53,247 nt of DNA, taken from the NCBI GenBank assembly GCA_012729675.1, contig JAAYCR010000095.1, positions 1 to 53,247 on the forward strand, in the 5' to 3' direction. Both the position numbers and the translations under genes were made by a program. The stretch is from Phycisphaerae bacterium (GTDB taxonomy: Bacteria; Planctomycetota; Phycisphaerae; Sedimentisphaerales; Anaerohalosphaeraceae). Shown here piece by piece: positions 19,973 to 29,498 of this stretch (position 1 is the first letter of the stretch; the number at the start of each line of letters is the position of its first letter). Below the pieces are notes generated by a model. It had not been told where the DNA came from. It made no database searches and was given only the letters and a program-made list of their open reading frames with translations.

Positions 19973-21211
19973 ATGATTACGGCGATTTTGATTTTTGCGT
20001 TGACGTATCTGATAATCTGCGGACGCAGGCTGCATTTTATCCGGCTGGGGCGACCGGCCGGCGTTATGCTGGGGGCGGTGCTGATGGTCGCCGCACGGGT
20101 CATCACCCCGGCACAGGCGTATGAACTGGTCAACTGGAACACGATAGTCCTGCTGCTGGGGATGATGATTATTATCGAGCATCTGGCGGATGCGGAATTT
20201 TTCGAGCTGATCGCCGGGTGGATTCTCGGCCGCGGGCTGTCCTCGCGCGGGCTGCTGGCAGTGGTGGTGTTTCTCATCGGCTCGCTGGCGGCGTTTCTGG
20301 TCAATGATATCGTGTGCATTTTTTTTACGCCGCTGCTGCTGGTGATGCTGCGAAGGCGCAGCCTGCCGCCGCTGCCGTTTTTGCTGGCGCTGGCGACTTC
20401 GGCCAATCTGGGCGGGCTGATTGCGTTTACCGGCAACCCGCAGAATATGATTATCGGACATCTGTCGGGGATTTCGTATGCCCGGTTTTTTGTGCTGATG
20501 CTGCCGGTGGGCCTGCTGACGCTGGCGGTCAACTATGCCCTGTTGGTGTGGATGTATCGAAAGGAACTGGACAAGGCCGACGGTCATCCGGCCGCCAAAG
20601 AAGATATCCCCTCGCCGAAACCGCTGCTGAAGCGATCGCTGCTGGTGACCGCGCTGGTCATCGCGGGGTTTTTTGCGGGCGGCAATATGGCCTGGGTCGC
20701 GCTGGCCGGGGCAACGCTGCTGCTGCTTTTGGCGCGACGGGAGGAGGTCGCCGTCTTGAGACGCATCGACTGGAATCTGCTGGTGTTCTTTGCGGGGCTG
20801 TTTGTGGTGGTCGGGGCATTGTCGCGCTCCGGGGCAACGGCGTATATCGCCGCCGCGGCGGATCGCTATATTCACGGCCAAAGCATCGCATCGTTCTGGG
20901 CGTTCGGCGCTATCAGCGTCGTCTGTTCGAATCTGTTTTCCAACGTGCCCTATGTGTTGGTGGCGGCCGAATGGGTCGAGCAACTGCCCGACCCGACGCT
21001 GATGTGGTACATCCTGGCGTTTGCCAGCACGGTGGCGGGCAATCTGACGATCCTCGGGTCGGTGGCCAATGTCATCGTCGTCGAACGGGCGCGGGGGGCC
21101 TGCGACATCGGCTTCGGCGACTTCCTGCGGTTCGGGGTACCCTCGACCGTGCTGAATTTTGTCGTGGGTATGGCGTTTCTGACGCTCTATCACCATTTGG
21201 AATGGATATAA
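19973..21211 (+). CDS. ArsB/NhaD-superfamily anion permease (YbiR-like)
   Basis: ~12 TM helices and a two-repeat permease architecture. The motif NWNTIVLLLGMMII is typical of ArsB/NhaD/CitMHS permeases. Confidence 0.65.
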   Translation: MITAILIFALTYLIICGRRLHFIRLGRPAGVMLGAVLMVAARVITPAQAYELVNWNTIVLLLGMMIIIEHLADAEFFELIAGWILGRGLSSRGLLAVVVFLIGSLAAFLVNDIVCIFFTPLLLVMLRRRSLPPLPFLLALATSANLGGLIAFTGNPQNMIIGHLSGISYARFFVLMLPVGLLTLAVNYALLVWMYRKELDKADGHPAAKEDIPSPKPLLKRSLLVTALVIAGFFAGGNMAWVALAGATLLLLLARREEVAVLRRIDWNLLVFFAGLFVVVGALSRSGATAYIAAAADRYIHGQSIASFWAFGAISVVCSNLFSNVPYVLVAAEWVEQLPDPTLMWYILAFASTVAGNLTILGSVANVIVVERARGACDIGFGDFLRFGVPSTVLNFVVGMAFLTLYHHLEWI

Positions 21212-21293
21212 TACACCGTATATGGGGTGTCCTCAGCATCTTCGGGTAGCGTGCAAATGTAATATTCGATATTAAATTTACACGAGATGCGCC

Positions 21294-22535
21294 CTATAAG
21301 GCCGATGCGGTTTTTGCGGCTGATTGGGCGGCGAGCATTCCAGTTGACCACGCGATTTGGAGGTTGTAGCCGCCGCAGGGGCCGTCGGCGTTGAGGGTCT
21401 CGCCGGCGAAGAACAGGCCGGGGCAAAGGCGTGACTGCATGGTTTTGGGGTTGATCTCGTTGAGGGCAACGCCGCCGCGGGTGACCGTCGCCTGGGCCAG
21501 CGGGGCGGTAGCAGTGAGGGTCAGGGGAAGCTTTTTGATCAGATCGGCCAGTTTTCGGCGGTGTTCCTTTTTGAGCTGCCCGGCCAGCACGGTATGCGAC
21601 GGCTCAGTCATCTCGGTCAGCTTGATCGCCAGCGCCCGCGGCAGTAGGCCGGTCAGGATGGCCGCCATCTCGCGTTTGGCGTGGGCGGCACACTGTTCGA
21701 TGAGCAGGGCGTCGAGGGCGTCGGGCGGCGTGTCTGGGAGAAAATCGACAGTGACGGGCACGGGGCCGCGGCTTTCGAACAGGGTGTCGGTGATCTGGCG
21801 GCTCAGATCGAAGGCGGCCGGACCGCCGAGGCCGTTTTCGGTAAAGATCATCGCGCCGGCGCATTTTTTGCGGTTGCCTTTGGCCTGAAGGACGACCTGC
21901 TCAATGGCCACGCCCTGCAGGTCATTGATCCACGGCTCAGAGGCGACGACCGGGCAGACGGAGGCGCGGGGCGGGACGATGGTGTGGCCGAAGCTTTTGG
22001 CGAAGCGATAACCGTCGCCGTCGCTGCCGGTGTGCGGCCAGGAGACGCCCCCGGTGGCGATCAGGATCGTCCGCGCGGAGATCGTTTGGTCAGGGGTGCG
22101 GAGCGTAAAGGTGTCGGCGGACTTCTCGACCGCCTCGACGCGGCGGCCGTAGATGTACTGTACGCCGGCTCGGCGGGCGTCGTCCCGCAGGATGCGGCAG
22201 ACATCGGTCGCGCGGTCGGTGATGGGAAAGACGCAGCCGTCTTTTTCGATCTTGCAGGCCAAGCGGCGCTCGGCGAAGAATTGGACGACGGTATCCGGGC
22301 TGAAGGTGTAGAGGGCGTGCCTGAGAAATTTGCCGCAGTCGGTGTAGGTGCGGACGAGTTCATCGACGGGGGCTTGGTGTGTCAGGTTGCAGCGGCCGCC
22401 GCCGGTCTTGAGGAGCTTGCGGCCCAGGGCACTGTTGCGTTCGATGACGCAGACGGATGCGCCGGTTTGCCCGGCATGCACCGCCGCCATCAATCCCGCC
22501 GCCCCGCCGCCGATAATCGCTATGTCAAACGGCAT
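21294..22535 (-). CDS. HI0933/BaiN-family FAD-dependent flavoprotein (NAD(P)/FAD-dependent oxidoreductase)
   Basis: Start MPFDIAIIGGGAAGLMAAVHAG (ATG 22535, GGGAGA Shine-Dalgarno) with the GxGxxG dinucleotide fold, then RKLLKTGGGRCNLTH as in HI0933-like proteins. The track ORF extends to 22760 across the rnpB region and is an artefact. Confidence 0.8.
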   Translation of the reverse strand: MPFDIAIIGGGAAGLMAAVHAGQTGASVCVIERNSALGRKLLKTGGGRCNLTHQAPVDELVRTYTDCGKFLRHALYTFSPDTVVQFFAERRLACKIEKDGCVFPITDRATDVCRILRDDARRAGVQYIYGRRVEAVEKSADTFTLRTPDQTISARTILIATGGVSWPHTGSDGDGYRFAKSFGHTIVPPRASVCPVVASEPWINDLQGVAIEQVVLQAKGNRKKCAGAMIFTENGLGGPAAFDLSRQITDTLFESRGPVPVTVDFLPDTPPDALDALLIEQCAAHAKREMAAILTGLLPRALAIKLTEMTEPSHTVLAGQLKKEHRRKLADLIKKLPLTLTATAPLAQATVTRGGVALNEINPKTMQSRLCPGLFFAGETLNADGPCGGYNLQIAWSTGMLAAQSAAKTASAL

Positions 22536-22613
22536 TTTCAGTCTCCCATCGGTCTGATGCGCAGAACCGATGCCACCCGACCAATAGTCACTACTAATCA
22601 CTAGCCAATCATA

Positions 22614-23002
22614 AATGAGTGGGTCTGTAAGCCGAGTTCTGTCTCCGCCCGAAGGCGGATGGCGGTCATTACACTCGACCGGCCGTCGCCGACCGGCTCT
22701 GCCGAAAGGTCTCCCCGTCGGCATGCAACCTACCCGCTGCGAGATGCCCGGGCCGAGCACGCAGCATACTTGGTCTTGCAGGCGGTGGGGTTTGCCCTGC
22801 CGTCGCCGTTACCGACGACGCGGTGCGCTCTTACCGCACCATTTCACCCTTACCGCGGGGGATTCAAACCCCCGCGGCGGTATATTTTCTGCGGCACTTT
22901 CCCGCGGGTCGCCCCGGGCGGCCGTTAGCCGCCACCGTGCCCTATCCTGCTCGGACTTTCCTCCGGATGTGTTTCAATCCGGCGACCGCCCGACCCACTC
23001 AA
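22614..23002 (-). ncRNA. rnpB: RNase P RNA (bacterial type A)
   Basis: The minus strand reads …GAGUGGGUCGGGCGGUCGCCGGAUUGAAACACAUCCGGAGGAAAGUCCGAGC… (P4 motif), …GGUGCGGUAAGAGCGCACC…, and a 3' end …ACAGAACUCGGCUUACAGACCCACUC. The P1 helix pairs GAGUGGGUC with GACCCACUC. The ORFs 22615..23016, 22659..22928 and 22823..23062 on this span are spurious. Confidence 0.85.
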
Positions 23003-23750
23003 TCTTTCTATTATAGCCGCCGTTTCAAAAAGGTTCAAATACTATCCCACGGCAGGGCATAAACGAAAAAACTGTCTTTTTAATGATGCCATCATTAGAA
23101 GCACAGGAAATTTAAACAAAACGGGACATCTCAGGTCCTTTTGTTGCAAGGCAAGAGTATGATTCAAATCCTACTGGATTTGCAAAATTAGGGAGAGAAA
23201 CGCTCATTTGTTGCGAGCATCCTGTTTGTGAGGTATTATGTTAACATTGTCGGAAAACATGAAGGTATAAAGGTTTATTTCAGGCAGTTTTATGGATCAA
23301 GAATCAAACAGGCAGTTGATACGTTTGTCGCGCACATTGAAGAAGTAAAACATAAATACATTGAAAAAAGATAGAACAATACATTCAGGCGTTGGGGCGG
23401 GACCGCATCAATGGTTTGATTATCGAAATGCGAGAAAATATGATTCTCGATACGATTGGATATGACCGCATCATGAAAAAAGCGGACGATCTATGCTCCG
23501 TCAATATCGCCGGTTTTCGAAAGGAAAGGCAGTAACACCTCTGCCGGCCACCAAAACTGAGGTATTATCGGAGTCCCACGAGCATCCACGCTCCGCTATC
23601 GCGATTCGGTTGCGATGGCGGCCACGGCGTATTTTGGAAAACGTAATTTTCAGCATTGAAAAAGGGCACTTGAAACGATAAAATTGACGTGCTTAACACA
23701 CCATAAGTCTTTGTAATGGCTAAATTTGTATTTCTGTTGGCGTATTTTTC

Positions 23751-23779
23751 TTGAATTTCGTAGAATAATTAGCTATACT
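23751..23779 (+). promoter_or_regulatory. Near-consensus sigma70 promoter (TTGAAT-17 nt-TATACT) inside the AT-rich islet
   Basis: TTGAAT at 23751-23756, 17-nt spacer, TATACT at 23774-23779; the predicted TSS is ~23786. Confidence 0.35.
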
Positions 23780-23851
23780 GCGCTTGTAGTTAAGGTCATG
23801 GCTTCGGTCATGGGGGGTTCACGCGTTCGAGATGAAACTTATTTCGGAGAG

Positions 23852-23956
23852 ATGAAAATGACACGCTACTATTATTATCGATTTTGGGTTCCGTTCGTCG
23901 CCACGAAAAAGAAAATTTTGGTGCTTGCCATCGCCAGCTTTATGGCGCTGTGCTAA
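23852..23956 (+). CDS. Small ORF (34 aa) MKMTRYYYYRFWVPFVATKKKILVLAIASFMALC; Tyr run plus hydrophobic C-terminus (possible small membrane protein)
   Basis: GGAGAG Shine-Dalgarno immediately upstream, a promoter ~70 nt upstream, and an intrinsic terminator ~45 nt downstream. No homology recognised. It could instead be part of a small RNA. Confidence 0.3.
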   Translation: MKMTRYYYYRFWVPFVATKKKILVLAIASFMALC

Positions 23957-24003
23957 CTGCCGCCGCGAGACATAAGACACCGTTTAAACGGAGTTAAGAC
24001 CAA

Positions 24004-24040
24004 ACGCCGGGCCTTCGGGGGCTTGGCGTTTTTTTGCGCA
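24004..24040 (+). terminator. Rho-independent terminator (AACGCCGGGCC-ttcg-GGGGCTTGGCGTT + T7)
   Basis: A GC-rich imperfect hairpin followed by TTTTTTT. It may also act for the convergent minus-strand small gene. Confidence 0.5.
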
Positions 24041-24069
24041 GATCAGGGTTCGCTATTCATTCTTTTGGC

Positions 24070-24306
24070 TCAATACGTAAATAAATCCCCCAGTCCATAC
24101 GCCTGTTCGGTGGCGGCATTGAGGGCGCGGAGGACTTTGAGCTGCACATTGCGGCTCAAACGGCGGCCCTTGCAGGCACGGGTGACCATCTTGTGCGTGA
24201 TCTGCTCGGTCGAGACCGCGACGAGGTCGTGCGGTTTGAGCGCGTGCTTGTCCATCAATTCCGAAATCGGCTGCGGGCCGAGGTCGCGGTCGGTTGCGTT
24301 GTCCAT
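24070..24306 (-). CDS. Small hypothetical protein (78 aa)
   Basis: Good AGAGGAAG Shine-Dalgarno 2 nt before ATG 24306; coding-like composition; no family recognised. Confidence 0.45.
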   Translation of the reverse strand: MDNATDRDLGPQPISELMDKHALKPHDLVAVSTEQITHKMVTRACKGRRLSRNVQLKVLRALNAATEQAYGLGDLFTY

Positions 24307-24574
24307 ATCTTCCTCTTATACTGCAATCCATGGTTTTTTTGTTTTAATCACCCCAAGGTAAAATCCTGAGGTTTGGACGATTGAACTCAAAATGCCCTGA
24401 AAGAGCAATAGATAATAGGGGCGATTGGCTTCGTTTGTTCAAGTTCAGCTTCCTGCTTCCAGCTTCCAGTCGCAGAGGACAGGAGTCAGCAGGTCGAGTT
24501 TCTCCTTTTCGGCCACCGATTAACACAAAAGGGGCACAAATTAATTTGGAAGAAGATGAAAATGGTCAATATGA

Positions 24575-26035
24575 CTAAAATAGGCGACTGTTCCCGGCGT
24601 TTCCGTTTCGTAATCTCTTATGCTCTTCATTTTCCGTCTCAGTTGGTTTAACGATTATTCTGCGGTAAGCGGAAAGGTTATGCACGCCGTCATCGACAAC
24701 CTCGCAAATCACATGAAAACTCTTTCCTGCAGAGTCCGGCGGCAGATCGATAACGGCAATGCGTGATCTGCTGTTTGAGATATTGACATTACCGGGGTAG
24801 TCGCCCGCTTCGGATAAAATCCACCACTTGAACGTCAGCGTATCGCCCTCCGGATCATACGATTGGGATGCATCGAGCGTAACCGTCGTGCCTTGCGGAG
24901 CGGTGCAGGTCATTAGTCCAATCCCGTTGTCGCCGTTGATGACAACAATCGGGTTTCGGTTTCCCGTGCCGTCTTTGGCCCAGTCCATCCGGGCCGCAAA
25001 ATTGTTAAACGTTGCCGGATAGAAATACTGTTGATACTTTGAGGAGATGTTTTTTGCATTGCCGCTGTGGTTTTGATACGCACGGGTGGCGTTGTCCTTG
25101 CAGTCGCCGAACTCAAAGTAGCCGCCCCAGCCGACTTGACCGGGAACGTCCGGGTCATTGAGTCCGGTCGGCATCAGATGAAGAAATGCGGGCGTATCGC
25201 CTTCGACTCCATATTTGTATTTAGGATACCTGCCGCCCAGGCTGCCATGATTCTGGATATGGGTTTCATAGTCGTTCCATTTGTTTCTGCCGGCGCTATT
25301 CTGGAAAAGCCAGGCGCTTTCATCCCAGATGAACAGAAGATCCTTCTCAAACTCCCGGCGCATCCATTGATGAGAGCTTTCGGGCCAGTCGATGACGTTG
25401 CCGGGTTTCTGTGCCCCATCCTGATCGGTGATCGTATAGATGCGGATTTTATGCAGGAAGTCTTTGAGCTGCGCTGCGTTTCGCGTCTGCCGGATCTGCC
25501 AGCATGACTGGGCGAGCGTGTTGCCCCCGCCCCAGACGGTGATCCAGATGGGGCGATCATCGGCTTCATCGGCCAGCGCGATAATCCTGTTGCTTCCGTC
25601 AGATACATTATCAGCACCGATGTACCGAAAGCCCCTGTTTTTGCTGCCATAGAGGGTACGGTCTCTTAGATATTGCGCACTTGGCCAGTAGCCGATTTGC
25701 TGTCGCTCATCGTCGTGTAAATGTCCGGTCTGGCCGGAGCGTTTCATCAAATTGGGTAAATCCTTTTCGTACAGATCAATCGCTTCGTGGATCAGTTGAT
25801 AATAAGCCTCTTTCGTGGTGGTCGCACTCCAGCCGGTTGAGTGAATCAGCGTTTCAATTTCGAACAGGTCGGCATGGACAAGGAGCCGGATCATGGATTC
25901 CATGTCATCAGGTTCCACCGTGTCAGGTGCAATGTCAGTGAGAACTACAAGTCGCGGTTTTAAAGGGGCTGCAAGGGACCAGGCAGATATCGCCAAGGAA
26001 AGCAGCAGAGACAGCGTTATTCTGTTAGTCTTCAT
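24575..26035 (-). CDS. Secreted DUF1593-family protein (nucleoside-hydrolase-like 'cellulose-binding Sde182' N-domain plus C-terminal Ig-like domain)
   Basis: Signal peptide and a GGAGGA Shine-Dalgarno. LVVLTDIAPDTVEPDDMESMIRLLVHADLFEIE and the following region match the DUF1593 architecture. The C-terminal ~100 aa are beta-sandwich-like. Confidence 0.7.
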   Translation of the reverse strand: MKTNRITLSLLLSLAISAWSLAAPLKPRLVVLTDIAPDTVEPDDMESMIRLLVHADLFEIETLIHSTGWSATTTKEAYYQLIHEAIDLYEKDLPNLMKRSGQTGHLHDDERQQIGYWPSAQYLRDRTLYGSKNRGFRYIGADNVSDGSNRIIALADEADDRPIWITVWGGGNTLAQSCWQIRQTRNAAQLKDFLHKIRIYTITDQDGAQKPGNVIDWPESSHQWMRREFEKDLLFIWDESAWLFQNSAGRNKWNDYETHIQNHGSLGGRYPKYKYGVEGDTPAFLHLMPTGLNDPDVPGQVGWGGYFEFGDCKDNATRAYQNHSGNAKNISSKYQQYFYPATFNNFAARMDWAKDGTGNRNPIVVINGDNGIGLMTCTAPQGTTVTLDASQSYDPEGDTLTFKWWILSEAGDYPGNVNISNSRSRIAVIDLPPDSAGKSFHVICEVVDDGVHNLSAYRRIIVKPTETENEEHKRLRNGNAGNSRLF

Positions 26036-26287
26036 TTGGTCCTCCGGTTACATTCGTTAGCCTGAAAACAATTAAGGGCGAAAAATCAAGAGGCCAGACA
26101 ACCTATATGTCCGGCGGCCGTACTTGGCGCAATGATACCATTTCCCCCCAAAACCCTCAACACACTTTTCGCGAAGCGACCTCACAGGTTCGCCTTTGCG
26201 GCAGAGGGGGCAAGCTGAAACGTGGACTGCCAATGGCGGGGGAAATCGGGGAAATGGAGTCTTGACGCGGGGGGTGGTTTGGGGTAG

Positions 26288-27676
<1,389 letters not shown>

Positions 27677-27692
27677 GCTGTCCGATAAAACC

Positions 27693-27732
27693 AAGGCACA
27701 GATGCAACCGTTGCGTCTGTGCCTTTTTTGTA
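27693..27732 (+). terminator. Rho-independent terminator after eno
   Basis: GGCACAGATGCAaccgtTGCGTCTGTGCC hairpin followed by TTTTTTGTATTTTG. Confidence 0.7.
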
Positions 27733-27736
27733 TTTT

Positions 27737-27875
27737 GAAAATTCGAAATCCGTATATCGAAACTCGAAACAAATTCATAAGACAAAAATTCAAATGTCTC
27801 AAACAAGTCGTTTTTGATTTTTGTCATTATGATTTAGATATTGTTTCGGATTTCGGATTTCGTGCTTCGGATTTC
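27737..27875. repeat. Large imperfect inverted repeat built from GAAATCCG/CGGATTTC units flanking a ~70-bp AT-rich spacer
   Basis: Left arm 27737-27770 (gaaaattcgaaatccgtatatcgaaactcgaaac); right arm 27843-27875 (gtttcggatttcggatttcgtgcttcggatttc). The arms are reverse complements of each other apart from mismatches. Confidence 0.5.
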
Positions 27876-27880
27876 TACCG

Positions 27881-28375
27881 TTGACACGTTTGGCGCTGAC
27901 AATTCGGTTTTTGTTTTTTTGCCTGTTCTTTGGCGTCGGGGCCGGGGCGATGACGCTGGCGATTTTGGCCGAGCCTGAGCTTCGGGATTTTTATCTGAGC
28001 CGCCGGGCCTTGGATGAGGTGTACGCGCAGAACGAAATAATCAAGGACCTGACCGACCAGTATGTCGCCCGGATCGAGCTGATTGAGCGGGAACCGAATG
28101 TGCTGGATCGGGTTCGGATCCTGGCGTTCAATCAGCCGCCGCAGCGGGAGGATACGGTGTTTCCGCGGGGCGATGACGCGCAGCTGGGCCAGCAAACGCA
28201 GGCGCTGTTTGAGATGCTGGAGGCCAGGGAGATAGCGCCCCGTCCGCTGCCGGATTGGCTTATGCGGTGTCTTGAGCCGAACATCCGGCGTGCGTTGTTT
28301 TTGGCTGGGGCGGGGCTGGCGATGCTGACGTTTATCTTTTTCGGCTCGTCGAGGCGGACGGCGGAAGATATGTGA
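27881..28375 (+). CDS. Hypothetical membrane protein (two predicted TM helices)
   Basis: The ORF has a TTG start in the track; an alternative ATG at 27950 would remove the first helix. Weak call. Confidence 0.3.
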   Translation: MTRLALTIRFLFFCLFFGVGAGAMTLAILAEPELRDFYLSRRALDEVYAQNEIIKDLTDQYVARIELIEREPNVLDRVRILAFNQPPQREDTVFPRGDDAQLGQQTQALFEMLEAREIAPRPLPDWLMRCLEPNIRRALFLAGAGLAMLTFIFFGSSRRTAEDM

Positions 28376-28394
28376 TGGCTGTCTTGGTGGGAAG

Positions 28395-28500
28395 CCATCG
28401 GTCTGCTGCGCAGACGCGCTGCCACCCATCGCGCTGCCACCCGGTTCTGTGTGGGATAGGCGTGGGTGGCATCGGTTCTGCGCAGCAGACCGATGGGAGA
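28395..28500. repeat. REP-type repeat cluster (REPIN-like doublet): palindromic core GTCTGCTGCGCAGAC + GCGCTGCCACCC, with an inverted copy 28467-28499
   Basis: ccatcggtctgctgcgcagacgcgctgccacccatcgcgctgccaccc (28395-28441) is followed by the approximate reverse complement gggtggcatcggttctgcgcagcagaccgatgg. Confidence 0.7.
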
Positions 28501-28537
28501 ATTGTTCTGTGAGCAAAGGAGGTTGAAACTTCAGATT

Positions 28538-29101
28538 ATGCAGATGGGAGCACGCTTCACAAAATGCTGTAAGCGTTATGATGTGCCGGGACACGCCCAC
28601 GAGCTAACGTTCAGTTGTTATCAGAGTCGCTGGTTTATGAAAAAGCAACAGCCCTGCCAGTGGCTTTGTGACTCCCTCCAAAAGGCACGCACCGAATTGA
28701 ACTTTGCACTCTGGGCGTATGTCTTTATGCCCAACCACGTTCATTTGCTCATTTGGCCGCGTGAACGGGAGTATTCCATTTCGCGTATCCTTCATCGCAT
28801 CAAACAGCCCGTGGCACAAAAAGCCATTGCGTGGCTGAAAACTCACAACCCCGAAGGGCTTCGAGTGCTTGACACGGGGCATACTTCGCAGCGTTACCGG
28901 TTCTGGCAAAAAGGCGGCGGCTATGACCGCAATATCAGACAGATCGATGCACTCATTCAGTGTGTGCATTACATTCATTTGAATCCGGTGCGGAAAAGGC
29001 TTGTGCAGGCCCCACAGGAGTGGTTCTATTCCAGCGCCGCAGAATGGGACAAGGCCGGGACGGGGCCGTTGAGCGTTGATCGGCAGGATTGGCCGAGATG
29101 A
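28538..29101 (+). CDS. REP-associated tyrosine transposase (RAYT; IS200/IS605-like Y1 HuH transposase)
   Basis: HuH motif FMPNHVHLLIWP and catalytic-Tyr region FWQKGGGYDRNIRQIDALIQCVHYIHLNPVRKRLV, compared with E. coli RayT '…WQ..Y.DH.IR…YIHINPVKHGLV'. Flanked by REP copies. AAGGAGG Shine-Dalgarno 14 nt upstream of ATG 28538; the track start 28466 lies inside the REP. Confidence 0.8.
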   Translation: MQMGARFTKCCKRYDVPGHAHELTFSCYQSRWFMKKQQPCQWLCDSLQKARTELNFALWAYVFMPNHVHLLIWPREREYSISRILHRIKQPVAQKAIAWLKTHNPEGLRVLDTGHTSQRYRFWQKGGGYDRNIRQIDALIQCVHYIHLNPVRKRLVQAPQEWFYSSAAEWDKAGTGPLSVDRQDWPR

Positions 29102-29121
29102 GACGCCTTGCCTGTATCGCC

Positions 29122-29168
29122 ATTGGTCTGCTGCGCAGACGCGCTGCCACCCAATGCGCTGCCACCTA
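29122..29168. repeat. REP-type repeat copy (direct orientation relative to 28395-28441)
   Basis: ccattggtctgctgcgcagacgcgctgccacccaatgcgctgccacc is near-identical to the left copy. Confidence 0.7.
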
Positions 29169-29171
29169 TTC

Positions 29172-29447
29172 TCAATAGGTGATCTGAAAGTCGGTGTAAC
29201 GGGGGTTGACGGGGGCTTCGGTCAGGGTTATGTCGCGGACATAGCGGCCGAAGTGGTCTTTGATTTCAGCAATGCACAGGTCGATTTTGTTTTCGGTGCC
29301 CTGCATCAAGGCCAGAACTGTGCCGTCGGGGCAGTTTCGCACAAACCCCGTCAGGCCGTATTTGCCCGCAATGCGGCAGGTTGTGTAGCGAAACCCCACG
29401 CCCTGGACGCGTCCGCGAAACATCACTTGTCTGGCCGTCTGTTCCAT
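29172..29447 (-). CDS. acyP: Acylphosphatase
   Basis: MEQTARQVMFRGRVQGVGFRYTT… carries the acylphosphatase signature V-x-G-x-V-Q-G-V-x-F-R. ~91 aa from ATG 29447. Confidence 0.8.
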   Translation of the reverse strand: MEQTARQVMFRGRVQGVGFRYTTCRIAGKYGLTGFVRNCPDGTVLALMQGTENKIDLCIAEIKDHFGRYVRDITLTEAPVNPRYTDFQITY

Positions 29448-29498
29448 GGGACGGATTATAACCGCTGCATCGGCGGCGTTCAAGGGTCGCTTGTTTGA

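Noticed and set aside
19733-21249. 487-aa minus-strand ORF (19733..21196) and 311-aa plus-strand ORF (20314..21249)
   Set aside because: Overlap the ArsB-like permease gene, whose frame gives coherent TM helices. The alternatives are Arg/Gly/Gln-rich shadows.
22615-23062. ORFs 22615..23016, 22659..22928, 22823..23062 and the N-terminal extension of 21294..22760
   Set aside because: They lie on the RNase P RNA gene. Conserved rnpB motifs explain the sequence.
27875-28600. 241-aa minus-strand ORF across the REP cluster
   Set aside because: Runs through repeat and palindromic sequence, is antisense to the 27881 ORF, and has no Shine-Dalgarno. Considered spurious.
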